From assembly GCA_046485285.1 (NCBI GenBank), contig JAWOHE010000047.1, positions 1 to 26,155 of the forward strand: a stretch of 26,155 nucleotides of DNA, written 5' to 3'. Numbering within the stretch: the first letter of the stretch is position 1; each line of letters starts with the position of its first letter. A program made the translations under genes and the position numbers. Below are positions 1-8,650 of the stretch, piece by piece. This DNA is from a bacterium. GTDB lineage: Bacteria > Hydrothermota > Tepidihabitantia > Tepidihabitantales > Tepidihabitantaceae. Under the pieces are notes generated by a model. That model made no database searches. It had not been told where the DNA came from and saw nothing but the letters and a program-made list of their open reading frames with translations.

Positions 1-190
1 TGCGCCACCCGGAACTGGCACTGCCGACCACGACCAACGCGGTGGAGTCGATGCACAATCTCCTGCGGAGAGCGATCAGCACGGCAAACACCCCGGAATC
101 CATTCTGCTCCGCGCCGGCGCGTACCTCAGACTCCGCCCGACAATCGCCTGCAACGGCCCCGGCTTTCAACAGAATTAATGCACACTACC
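1..190 (+). mobile_element. Right end of an IS256-family insertion sequence, putative terminal IR at about 165-190
   Basis: The transposase stop lies inside TTTCAACAGAATTAATGCACACTACC, which resembles IS256-family right ends (...CACTACC). The left end is not visible, so the IR and target duplication cannot be confirmed. Confidence 0.6.
3..179 (+). CDS. IS256/Mutator-family transposase, C-terminal part (partial, 5' end outside window)
   Basis: Frame from position 3 reads RHPELALPTTTNAVESMHNLLRRAIST...FQQN* (TAA 177-179). TTNxxESxxxxxRR is the IS256 catalytic-E signature. Not in the ORF track. Confidence 0.75.
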   Translation, partial: RHPELALPTTTNAVESMHNLLRRAISTANTPESILLRAGAYLRLRPTIACNGPGFQQN

Positions 191-345
191 CCGGTTGCGC
201 CGGGTGCGGCGTTACGCGGGTTGCGGCTTCGGGCCGGGCTGAGCCTCGTCGAGCTGGCGCACCTGAGGGGTCGGAAGCCGGGCTTCTGCTCGTATCTCAG
301 CCGGCTTGAGCACGGCCGGGTGGGGCGCCCGAGGCCGGGGCTGGG
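191..345 (+). pseudogene. XRE-family helix-turn-helix regulator fragment
   Basis: PGAALRGLRLRAGLSLVELAHLRGRKPGFCSYLSRLEHGRVGRP fits the HTH_XRE pattern. It is cut by the IS end on the left and runs into a REP at 346, after which the frame is repeat-derived. Confidence 0.65.
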
Positions 346-440
346 TGTAGGAGCGGCAGTGCAGGCGCACCTGCCTGCGGCAGCACCCAGCCGCGATGTC
401 CGAGGCCGGAACGAATCGCGACAGAGATGTCGCTCCTACA
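346..440. repeat. Inverted GTAG-type REP pair (REPIN-like)
   Basis: TGTAGGAGCGGC (346-357)...GCCGCGAT (390-397) faces ATCGCGAC-AGAGAT-GTCGCTCCTACA (415-440). An extra hairpin GCAGGC...GCCTGC (361-378) sits in the left copy. Confidence 0.75.
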
Positions 441-460
441 GAAGACCCGGAACCGGGACA

Positions 461-825
461 GGAGAGGGATTTCTCCACTTCGCTGCGCTCCGGTCGAAAT
501 GACGGGCGGGGCAGGGGTCCGGCTTGCTGGCGGTGGCACAGCCGCTACTGGCTGTCATTCCGTTTCGGGTCCTGCGCGAGTGCCCGACGGAGGCGGCGAG
601 GCCGCCGATTGGAGGAATCCCTTGGTCGGGTTCGGCGCGGCGGAGGAGCGGAGAGGGATTTCTCCACTTCGCTGCGCTCCGGTCGAAATGACGGGCAGCG
701 GAGAGGGATTCCTCCACTCCGCTACGCGGAGCCTGTCCTGAGCGTAGTCGAAGGGGTCGGAATGACAGCCAGCGGAATGGGTCTCTCCACGCCGGGCTTC
801 GCGGCCCTCCGGTCGAGAGGGATGT
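461..825. repeat. Cluster of palindromic extragenic repeats (GGGATT.CTCCAC...GTCG.AATGAC family)
   Basis: Identical 47-bp copies at 461-507 and 650-696. A variant at 700-766 carries a nested CCTGTCCTGAGCGTAGTCGAAGG insert. There is an inverted copy GTCATTCCG...GGAGGAATCCCT at about 554-622 and a degenerate copy at about 778-825. Confidence 0.85.
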
Positions 826-899
826 ATGCGTCGATCCCATTGAAAGCCATCTGGGTATCTTGCTGGTTGGACGGGACTTTGCCGCAGTCTGGTCGGCGC

Positions 900-3800
900 T
901 CAGAGGGTGCCGGTTTCGACGATGCGGGGAAGGGCGGTGAAGAGCAGGAAGGTGCTGACTTTCTTTGCCTGGTAGATGCGCCGGAGCGCCTCGACGTAGT
1001 GGCGGAGCTGGCCGTCGTGGTACTCACGGGCAAGCGTGCCGATTTCCCGCGGCCTGACCGGGAAGGTCTTGTAGTCGTAGATGCGGACTTCGTCCGGGGT
1101 GATGATGACCCGGTCCACCCGGCCGGTGCGGAGCGTCTCGCCGTCGGTGTACATGACCGGTAGTTCGGCCTCGGCGTTCTCCTGCGGGGTGACTATCGAC
1201 CACGCCTCTGCGTCGGCCCTGAGCGCGTCGAGGTGGTCGAGGATATACCGGCGGCGCTCCGCGGGCAGACCGGCAAGCAGGTGCTCGATCGCCTCGGGCA
1301 GGCGGCCCGGGTCCACCACGCCCTGCGAGATGAGCTCGAGGATGCGGTGGATGAGTTCGCCGGTGTGGATGGCTTCGTCGGAAAGGCGGGTGAAGTCGCG
1401 GGCGAGGTTGCGGGTGACCGGTAGGATGCGTTCGGTCGGGGCCGGGTCCGGCGGCGGGGGCGCGGGCTTGGGAATTCCGGGGACACGATCCTGAATCCCC
1501 GGGCGGATTCCGGTCATGTCCCCGAGTTCCGCACCGTTTGTGACCGTCACGCCGGGCAGGGTGTCGGGCGAGTCGAGACTAAGGTTGACCGGGTCGAGCC
1601 CGAGGTGTTCGATAAGCCAGAGGAGACGGCTGTTGGCGATGCCCTTCTCGTGGTACGCGCCGGTCAGGAAGAGCGCGTCGCGGGCCCGGGTGCAGGCGAC
1701 GTAGAAGACGCGCTTCTCTTCTTCGATTTCCTTTTCCCGATGGGTCATGTGGCAATTGCTCTGGCGGCGCAGGCCGGCGTCGGAGAGCCAGGAGACTTCG
1801 ACCTCGTCGGCGGAGACTTCTTCAATGACCAGCTGGCTGCCGCTCTTCGCTTCCAGCGGTTTGATCGACTCGTCCTGCGCCGGGAAGAAGGCGACGGGGA
1901 ACTGGAGACCCTTGGCGGTGTGGACGGTGAGAATCTGCACCGCGTTGACGCCCTCGGTCCGGACCGCGGCCTTGGCGTCGTCGCCCGGGTCCTGGAGCGC
2001 GCAGAGGATGCGGAGCGGGGCTTCGCCGTCGGCGGCGCGGTCCTCGATTATGGCAAGGAGCCGGCGCAGGTTGGCCTGGCGCTGGGGCTCCCAGAAGGCC
2101 TGCCAGGCCCGGCGCTCGGTGAGCGCTTCTTCGAGCACGAGCGCGAGCGGTTCGGCGGCGATGCGGGCCCGCCAGCGTTCGAGGTCGGCGAGGGCGGAAT
2201 CCAGGGGACACGATCCGGAGTTCCCGGGCGGATTCCGGTCACGTCCCCGGATTCCGCTGAGGAGGAGGTCGGCCTCGGGAATGTCGAAGACCGGGCCGCG
2301 GAGGGTCGCGTAGAGCGCGAGGTCGTCGGCCGGGTCGACGAGCGCGGCGAGCAGGGCGATGGCGTAGCGGACTTCGGGTTCGTGGTAGAAGCCGGTGCCG
2401 CCGGCGACCAGGAAGGGCACGCCACAGTCGCGCAGGGCCGCCTCGATGAAGGGGATGGTCTTGTGCTGGCGGACGAGGATGCCGATGTCGCCGAAGGTGC
2501 AGGGCCGGCCGGTCTCGGTGCCGTCCGGATTGCGGTCATAGACGGTGAAGGGGGCGGGCACTCGCGTCGGACACGAAACGGCCGGGTCGGTGAGCGCGCG
2601 GATGCGGCGGGCGACCGCGCAAGCGTCCGCGACCCGGCGTTCCGCCACGGTCTTGCCGGACGGGGTGATGATGACTTCGACCCGGCCGGGCGCGGCGTTG
2701 TTCCGGGCGCGCCGGAAGGGTTTGTAGCGGGTGCGCCAGGCCGGCGCGTCCGACTCGCAGGCCATCAGCCGGGAAAAGAGAACGTTGTTGAAGTTGATGA
2801 TGGCTTCGAGACTGCGGTAGTTGTCTTCGAGGGTGAGGCGTTCCAGCCGCTCCGGGCCGAGGCCCTTTTCGAGTTCGTCGGCCACGCCGGTGAAGACTTC
2901 GACCTTGGCTTCCCGAAAGCCGTAGATTGACTGCTTGTCGTCGCCGACGATGAAGATGGTCGGCTCGATGCCGAGCTCGGTCTTGATGCCCTGGCCGGAG
3001 CGCCACTCCTCGGTGAGCTTGTCCACGATGCCCCACTGGAGGAAGCTGGTGTCCTGGAACTCGTCCACCAGCAGGTGGTCGGTGTGTTCGTCGAAGGCGC
3101 GGAGGACGTTCTGCCAGTCCGGGTCCTGCCGGAGCAGGTCGAGCGCGAGGGATTCCATGTCGTCGTAGTCCACCTGGCCGGCTTCGCGCTTGCGCCGGGT
3201 GTAGGTATCGAGGAAGCGGGTGCGGAAGAGCTCGAAACTGCGCGCGAACTCAGCCGCGGCCGCGTCCTGCCGGAGCAGGCTGTAGTAGCGGAAGCAGATC
3301 TCGTTCCATTCGCGTTCCGCGGCCCGGGTGAGCCGCGGGGTGTCGGACCTTGCGTTCATGAAGAGGTCGCGGCGGGCGTAGAGCGCGGTGAGGGCGGCGC
3401 TTACCGTGGCCGGGGTCAGCTCGTCCGGGAATGCTGCCGGGTCGTCGAGCCCGTCGGCGCGCGGGTCGGCGCGCAGTTCCCGCACGACCCTTGCCAGTTC
3501 GGCCCGATCCGCGAGCCGGACCCTGCCCCGGGCGATGTTGACACGCCTGGCGAAGAAATGGTCGTACTGCCTGGAGAGCGCTTCCCAGCCGATGCGGTCT
3601 TCGGTGGTGATGAGGTCGAGCAGGAGTTCGAGGGCCTGCCGGTCACCGCGGGATTCGGCGATGGTCATCAGCGTGTCGTACTTGGCCGCGTTCCAGAGTT
3701 CGCCTTCGGCGGTGAGCACGTCCACGCGCGGGTCGAGCCCGAGGTTGGGCGCGAAGCGGCGGACGAGCGTCAGGCAGAACGAGTGGATGGTGCCGATGCG

Positions 3801-4031
3801 GAGCCGGAGCGCGTTGCGGCGGAGCTGCTGGTGCAGGTCCGGGTTCTTGTCGGCGAGGCGCTGGAAGATGCGCTCCTTCATCTCGGCCGCGGCCTTCTCG
3901 GTGAAGGTCAGGGTAAGGATGCGCTCGGGCGGGACCCCGGCTTCGAGCAGTTCGATGTAGCGCCGGCTGAGCCGCTCGGTCTTGCCCGAGCCGGCGGGCG
4001 CGAAGACGACCTGGCTCTTGAGCCCGGGCAT
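900..4031 (-). CDS. addA: ATP-dependent helicase/nuclease subunit A (UvrD-like helicase + RecB-family nuclease)
   Basis: Walker A APAGSGKT, LLVDEFQD, VGDDKQSIYGFR, NYRS, TVHTAKGLQFP, EEKRVFYVACTRARD; C-terminal GRVDRV...YDYKT...QLRHY. Directly abuts addB. Confidence 0.93.
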   Translation of the reverse strand: MPGLKSQVVFAPAGSGKTERLSRRYIELLEAGVPPERILTLTFTEKAAAEMKERIFQRLADKNPDLHQQLRRNALRLRIGTIHSFCLTLVRRFAPNLGLDPRVDVLTAEGELWNAAKYDTLMTIAESRGDRQALELLLDLITTEDRIGWEALSRQYDHFFARRVNIARGRVRLADRAELARVVRELRADPRADGLDDPAAFPDELTPATVSAALTALYARRDLFMNARSDTPRLTRAAEREWNEICFRYYSLLRQDAAAAEFARSFELFRTRFLDTYTRRKREAGQVDYDDMESLALDLLRQDPDWQNVLRAFDEHTDHLLVDEFQDTSFLQWGIVDKLTEEWRSGQGIKTELGIEPTIFIVGDDKQSIYGFREAKVEVFTGVADELEKGLGPERLERLTLEDNYRSLEAIINFNNVLFSRLMACESDAPAWRTRYKPFRRARNNAAPGRVEVIITPSGKTVAERRVADACAVARRIRALTDPAVSCPTRVPAPFTVYDRNPDGTETGRPCTFGDIGILVRQHKTIPFIEAALRDCGVPFLVAGGTGFYHEPEVRYAIALLAALVDPADDLALYATLRGPVFDIPEADLLLSGIRGRDRNPPGNSGSCPLDSALADLERWRARIAAEPLALVLEEALTERRAWQAFWEPQRQANLRRLLAIIEDRAADGEAPLRILCALQDPGDDAKAAVRTEGVNAVQILTVHTAKGLQFPVAFFPAQDESIKPLEAKSGSQLVIEEVSADEVEVSWLSDAGLRRQSNCHMTHREKEIEEEKRVFYVACTRARDALFLTGAYHEKGIANSRLLWLIEHLGLDPVNLSLDSPDTLPGVTVTNGAELGDMTGIRPGIQDRVPGIPKPAPPPPDPAPTERILPVTRNLARDFTRLSDEAIHTGELIHRILELISQGVVDPGRLPEAIEHLLAGLPAERRRYILDHLDALRADAEAWSIVTPQENAEAELPVMYTDGETLRTGRVDRVIITPDEVRIYDYKTFPVRPREIGTLAREYHDGQLRHYVEALRRIYQAKKVSTFLLFTALPRIVETGTL
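1471..1530. repeat. 60-bp intragenic palindromic element, copy 1 (inside addA)
   Basis: GGAATTCCGGGGACACGATC...CGGTCATGTCCCCGAGTTCC, imperfect hairpin; 52/60 identical to 2196-2255. Confidence 0.85.
2196..2255. repeat. 60-bp intragenic palindromic element, copy 2 (inside addA)
   Basis: GGAATCCAGGGGACACGATC...CGGTCACGTCCCCGGATTCC, imperfect hairpin; 52/60 identical to copy 1. Confidence 0.85.
2555..2580 (-). repeat. 26-bp repeat module inside addA
   Basis: Reverse complement CGTTTCGTGTCCGACGCGAGTGCCCG matches 561-586 and 20436-20461. Confidence 0.75.
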
Positions 4032-6842
4032 CTACTCGCTTCCCTCCGGGCCGCAGAGCCAGTCAAGGTCGCAGTACTGGCAGGCGCTCCCAGCCGGTTC
4101 GGCCGGGAAGCGGCCGACGCGGATTGCGGCCGCGGTCTCGACCGCGGTCTTGACTGCGGCCTCGACGAGCTCGGCGAGCTGGAGGCGGTCATCGGCGAGC
4201 CAGCCCGGTCTGTCCCGGCGCAGGCTGTAGATGGCGGCGTTGGCGACCGGGCGGCCGGTCTCGGCTTCGAGGAGGCGGGTGTAGAGCGGGAGCTGGAGGT
4301 GGGTGCGTTCTTCCAGTACTTCCCGGGGGTGGACGGTCTTCTCACCGGTCTTGTAGTCGAGGATGATCTGGCCGCCCGGGCCGGAGTCAACCCGGTCCAC
4401 CCGGCCCCGGACCGTGAGGTTCTCGGCGACCGGGCCGGAGAGTGAGAGCTCGACCCGCTCCGGCCGCCAGCCGGCGTCGCGCAGTGCCTGTTCGATGGTG
4501 AGGAATCGTGGCAGGATGTTGGTGAAGACCCGGCGGGCGGTCTCGGCCCAGAACCGGGGCAGGTCCGCTCCCTTGAGCGCCGCGTCGAGCGCCCGGCGGG
4601 CCGCCGGTTCGAGCTTCGGCATTTCGACCGGGCCGTCGGCGTAGAGCCGGCTCAGCGCGTCGTGGATGACCGAGCCCCATTGCCGGGCGTCGATTGCGTA
4701 CTGCGGTTCGTCCGTGGATTCAAGCCCGAGCACGCGCTCGACGTAGTAGCGGTACGGGCAGGCGCGGTAGAACTCCAGCCCGGTGACCGAGAACGGCCGG
4801 TCCGGTCCGTAGCGGCGGGCGAGCGCGGCCCGGGCCCGGGGGTCTGCCGAGAAGTTCACGGTGTTGTCGCGGTCAGCGAAGGGCCGGCCGGCGCGGCTGC
4901 CGTCGGCGAACTGTTCCTCGGCTTCGGAGAACAGCGCGGCCGGGGCCGGGAACGCGCGGGTGGGGATTTCGAGCAGGGGCGTGGGCAGGACCGGCTTGTC
5001 GCCGTCGGAGTCGTGGAAGCAGAGGAAGGACGCGTCCGCGCCGCTCTCGATGGTGCGGCGAAGGTTGTAGCGCTGCCAGTCCCGGTGGTGGTCGAGGTCC
5101 GGCATCCCGAGCGCGCGGCGCAGGCGCTCGGGCAGAATCGGGTCGGCCGACCTGCGGCCGGGCAGGTTGCTCTCGGTCAGGCCGCCGACCACGACGTGGC
5201 TCGGGTGCAGGCCGGTGGTCTCGGCCAGCCCGACCACGAGCACGCCGGCCGGGGGCGGGTCCGCAGCCCGGCCGCAGAGCCCGACCAGGTATTCGAGCGC
5301 CCGGATGAACGCGGCCCGGGGCCCGGGCTCGGCGCCGAACTCGGTCTCGAACTCGACCAGGCTGTCGAGGGCGTCGTAGAACGCGCTCCGGTCTTCGAGT
5401 AGGGGGCTGATGCCGGGCGCGTCCGGGTCAAGGCTGGAGCCGAACTTGACCGCCTCGAGGAAGGCCTTGAGCCGGGCGGCTTGGCGGCCGAAGTTGTCGG
5501 CCGATTCGAGCATCTTGATGGCCAGCCCGATTGCCCGGCGGATGCGGGTCTCAAGGTCCCGGGCCAGTTCCGCGTCCTCAACGGACAGGCGGCTTTCGGC
5601 CGCGGCGAGGCGGGTGGCAAGCCGGCGCCAGTTGTTGCGGCCCTTGATGATGCCGGCGCGGCGGGAGAGGTTGTTGACCGCGTCCGCGGCCCGGTCCCGG
5701 CCGGTGTCGTCCGTGTCGGCCGGGAGCTGGAGCAGGCCGGCCAGCCAGGGCGAGGAGAGCGCGGCGGCAAAAGGCATACGTTCGAAGTCGTGGGCGACCG
5801 CTTCGAGCAAGTCCAGCACCGCGACAACCGGGGGCGAGGCGTCGAGCCGAGTCTCCGGGTAGAGGGTGGCGGGCAGGCGATACCGCCGGAAGACCCGGCG
5901 CACCATCGGGGCACGCGCGCCGATGTCGGGCAGGGCGACGACGGTGTCGGCGAGGTTGGTCCGGCCGCGCAGGTGGCGGCAGATGCCGGCGATTTCCGCT
6001 TCCGGGTCCGGGAAGACAAACAGGCCTTCCGGGGCGGGCAGGGTCGGGGACGGGAGCCGGGTTGTCTTGAATCCGCCGAGCCCGGTGATGAACCTGACGA
6101 ACCGCCCGGCGAAGGCGTAGTCCTCGTCCGCTTCCTGTTCCGGCGGGGCGGCGTGGGCGGCGACAAGCACGGTGCCGGCCGCCTCGACGAGGGCGGCGAG
6201 CAGGGCGGCCTCGGGCGGTTCGGGCGCGGCGAAGCCATCCAGGATGAGCAGGCGCGGCGGCCGGAGCGCGGCCAGGGCCGGGGCCGCGCCGAGCAGGTCC
6301 TCGCTGTCCACCCGCCCCCGGGCTTTGAGCTCGGCGTCGTAGCGGTCGAGGACCTCAAGTGCCTCCAGGGCCCGGGCGAGCGGTTTCTCGAAGCCGGCAA
6401 GCTCCTCCTCGAACCGCGCGCGCAGGCCGGGCCGGTCTTCGGGCCGGACCCAGGTCTTGATGTCGGCGATGAACTCGGCGACCGCCTGGGCGTAGCCGAG
6501 GGTGCGGCGCCGGGTCTCCGCGGGAAGCAGGCGCTGGACGAGCAGGGGCCGTAGCTCCGCGGGCAGGGGCCGCGCCTGGCCGTGGACTTCGTAGAGCCGG
6601 CGGGCGAACTGGCCTGGGGTCAGGAACTCGGGCGGGATGAAGCCGTCGCGGCCGCAGAGCCGGGCGAAGCGCAGTTCGGTGTCGCGGAGCTTACGCGGGC
6701 TGGGTGCGAGGTAGAGGATGCCGCGGTAGTCCGGGCCGGGAACGAGTTTCAGCGCGGCGGCGACCAGGCGCTCGGTTGCGTCCGTTCCGAAGGGTGCGAG
6801 GAAGAGCCGACGGATCGAAGCAGTGCCACCCGGTCTTGCCAT
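4032..6842 (-). CDS. addB: ATP-dependent nuclease subunit B (inactive helicase + PD-(D/E)xK nuclease with Fe-S staple)
   Basis: FSVTGLEFYRACPYRYYVERVLGL, RGRVDRVD...ILDYKTG, HLQLPLY and terminal CQYCDLDWLC; upstream of addA. Confidence 0.9.
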   Translation of the reverse strand: MARPGGTASIRRLFLAPFGTDATERLVAAALKLVPGPDYRGILYLAPSPRKLRDTELRFARLCGRDGFIPPEFLTPGQFARRLYEVHGQARPLPAELRPLLVQRLLPAETRRRTLGYAQAVAEFIADIKTWVRPEDRPGLRARFEEELAGFEKPLARALEALEVLDRYDAELKARGRVDSEDLLGAAPALAALRPPRLLILDGFAAPEPPEAALLAALVEAAGTVLVAAHAAPPEQEADEDYAFAGRFVRFITGLGGFKTTRLPSPTLPAPEGLFVFPDPEAEIAGICRHLRGRTNLADTVVALPDIGARAPMVRRVFRRYRLPATLYPETRLDASPPVVAVLDLLEAVAHDFERMPFAAALSSPWLAGLLQLPADTDDTGRDRAADAVNNLSRRAGIIKGRNNWRRLATRLAAAESRLSVEDAELARDLETRIRRAIGLAIKMLESADNFGRQAARLKAFLEAVKFGSSLDPDAPGISPLLEDRSAFYDALDSLVEFETEFGAEPGPRAAFIRALEYLVGLCGRAADPPPAGVLVVGLAETTGLHPSHVVVGGLTESNLPGRRSADPILPERLRRALGMPDLDHHRDWQRYNLRRTIESGADASFLCFHDSDGDKPVLPTPLLEIPTRAFPAPAALFSEAEEQFADGSRAGRPFADRDNTVNFSADPRARAALARRYGPDRPFSVTGLEFYRACPYRYYVERVLGLESTDEPQYAIDARQWGSVIHDALSRLYADGPVEMPKLEPAARRALDAALKGADLPRFWAETARRVFTNILPRFLTIEQALRDAGWRPERVELSLSGPVAENLTVRGRVDRVDSGPGGQIILDYKTGEKTVHPREVLEERTHLQLPLYTRLLEAETGRPVANAAIYSLRRDRPGWLADDRLQLAELVEAAVKTAVETAAAIRVGRFPAEPAGSACQYCDLDWLCGPEGSE

Positions 6843-6897
6843 CAGGCCCGCCTATGCCTGTCGCGGTGCGAACCGGAGGATTAGATCGCCTTCCCGG

Positions 6898-6990
6898 CTA
6901 TTTCTTCGCCCGGGCGCGCTCGTGCCGCCGCCTGTGGCGCAGGGCGCGCTGGTGGCGCTTGCGGATGCGCTTGCTCTTGCTTCTGGGCAT
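6898..6990 (-). CDS. 30-aa highly basic small protein
   Basis: MPRSKSKRIRKRHQRALRHRRRHERARAKK with a good SD (AAGGAG, 7000-6995) just after the upstream gene's stop. Confidence 0.6.
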   Translation of the reverse strand: MPRSKSKRIRKRHQRALRHRRRHERARAKK

Positions 6991-7001
6991 CGCTCTCCTT
7001 T

Positions 7002-8411
7002 CTAGCGTACGAAGGTGAAGGCACGGGTGGAGCCATCGGCGCCGCGGAGGACGTAGCCGCCGGGAGGTGCGGCGCGGCCGGCGGCATCGCGGCCGTCCCA
7101 CCAGCCATCAGAGCCGAGCCGGGTGACCCGCCGACCTGCGGCTGTGAAGAGCGTGGCCGGGGCCGGAACGAGCCCGGCAAGGCGGACCGGGGCGCGGGCG
7201 AGCGTAGCACGGGCAACGGGCCCGTGGTCGTGCGCGGCAGGTTCGAGTGCGCCGGTGAATGGCTCGCTGTGCAGGCAGAGGAGCGGGCGGGTGTTGGGGA
7301 CCGGTCCGGACAGGAGCAGGCAGTGACCGGCGCGGTCCGGTCCGACCGCGAGCGCGCCGCCGTAGCTCAGCCCGTCGGCCCGCAGGGCCGAGCTGTACCA
7401 GTAGCCGGAGGCGTTCGAGCAGTGGTAGATTTCCTCGGTCGCGATGTTGCCGTCGATTCGCTCCCAGGTAATGTGGATGAACCGGCCCTCGCGGCAGAAT
7501 CCCTGGAGCGCGGCGCTGGCGGTGCTGGTCATCAGCTCGACCGGGTCCCAGTTCGTCGCGCCGGCGGGCCGGTGGAAGAAGCAGGTCCGCCAGGGCATTC
7601 CCCAGCCGTCATTGCCGCTGACGACGAGGTAGAGCTCGCCCGAGTCGCCAGCCGAGATGCCGGAGAGGTAGTCCTCAAGGTTGAGTGAGTAGATGGTCTC
7701 GTAGGACCAGGTCGTGTCGCCGGGCGAGGCGTTGGCGGCGTGGTGGACATGGTAGCTACCATAGGTGCCGCCCCGGTAGCTGACGTGAGCGCGGCCGCCG
7801 GGCTCGATTGCCAGCCAGGGCGCGGCGCCGAGCCCGAAGGGCCCGAGCTGGCTCCCGGCCAGCACCTGGTCCTGCCAGTCTCCGTCGCGGCGGGTGGCGT
7901 AGCCGATGCGGTATTGGCCGGCGGCGTCAACGGTTATCCAGGCGATATGGGGCAGCGAGTCGCCCTCGAGTTCGATCGAGGGGCTGATGTCGTAGTCCGA
8001 GTTGTCGGTCAGCCTAACGGCCTGCCATCCTGAGTCGCCGCGCTCGGCGTACCACAGCTCTGATTCCGGGCCGGAACCCGCAGGCCAGGCGAGGTGGGGT
8101 CGACCGGAGCGCGCGGCGACGGCGATGACCGGCGAGCCGCCGGCATCGACCGCGACGGTTTCGGGTTCGGACCAGCGCCCGCTGTCCCGGGCCGCATAGA
8201 GCAGCCGCCGGACGCCGGAGGAGACCGCTTCGGACCACGCGGCGTGGAGCCGGCCGGCATCGTCGAGCGCGAGCGACCTCGTGCTCAGCCAGCGGTTGAG
8301 GTCGGTCGCGGAGACGGTGTCGGTGCCGACGGTCCGCCACTGCCCGGCCGCGGGTGCGGCCAGCCCAAGCACGACCAGGGCGCTAGCCAACCACCTTGTA
8401 GACGATGTCAT
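7002..8411 (-). CDS. Secreted beta-propeller-like protein with FlgD/T9SS-like C-terminal domain
   Basis: Signal peptide (..VVLGLAAPAAG-QW), repeated SLALDxxGxxHxxW...YAxRxxGxW blades, C-terminal AAGRRV...WDGRDAAGRAAPPGGYVLR. Confidence 0.8.
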   Translation of the reverse strand: MTSSTRWLASALVVLGLAAPAAGQWRTVGTDTVSATDLNRWLSTRSLALDDAGRLHAAWSEAVSSGVRRLLYAARDSGRWSEPETVAVDAGGSPVIAVAARSGRPHLAWPAGSGPESELWYAERGDSGWQAVRLTDNSDYDISPSIELEGDSLPHIAWITVDAAGQYRIGYATRRDGDWQDQVLAGSQLGPFGLGAAPWLAIEPGGRAHVSYRGGTYGSYHVHHAANASPGDTTWSYETIYSLNLEDYLSGISAGDSGELYLVVSGNDGWGMPWRTCFFHRPAGATNWDPVELMTSTASAALQGFCREGRFIHITWERIDGNIATEEIYHCSNASGYWYSSALRADGLSYGGALAVGPDRAGHCLLLSGPVPNTRPLLCLHSEPFTGALEPAAHDHGPVARATLARAPVRLAGLVPAPATLFTAAGRRVTRLGSDGWWDGRDAAGRAAPPGGYVLRGADGSTRAFTFVR

Positions 8412-8640
8412 GCTCGTGGGCGTGGACGCTGACCTTCATGCCCGCCTCGCCACCCTTCGGAATTTCCGGGACCGACGCATGCTCGACCTGGAGCGACTCG
8501 ACGACCTGGGTGTGGTCGGTGGTGTGGCCTTTGATGTGGATCGTGTCGCCCACCTTGAGGCCGGCGTCGGTCGCGCTGACGATCGCGACGCCGGGCTTGC
8601 CGAAGTAGTGGGTGATGATCCCGACTTTCTCTTCCGGCAT
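8383..8640 (-). CDS. Small translation-elongation-factor-domain-II-like protein (U32 peptidase C-terminal-like), 85 aa
   Basis: MPEEKVGIITHYFGKPGVA...LKVGDTIHIKGHTTD..QVVESLQVEH...GGEAGMKV; strong SD AAAGGAGGAG. True start is 8640, not 8859. Confidence 0.85.
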   Translation of the reverse strand: MPEEKVGIITHYFGKPGVAIVSATDAGLKVGDTIHIKGHTTDHTQVVESLQVEHASVPEIPKGGEAGMKVSVHAHEHDIVYKVVG

Positions 8641-8650
8641 TTCTCCTCCT

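Noticed and set aside
461-766. Possible CRISPR array (47-bp identical repeats)
   Set aside because: Spacing is irregular (142 bp, then 3 bp), orientation is mixed, there are nested inserts and no cas genes; it fits REP-like palindromes.
396-1163. 255-aa ORF and overlapping ORFs across the repeat cluster
   Set aside because: They are translations of DNA repeats (ERDFSTSLRSGRNDG twice) plus antisense of addA.
1605-6554. Long plus-strand ORFs opposite addA/addB (similar ones lie opposite plsX, the lipoprotein, FG-GAP and BNR genes)
   Set aside because: Antisense shadow frames expected in high-GC coding DNA; no recognisable motifs.
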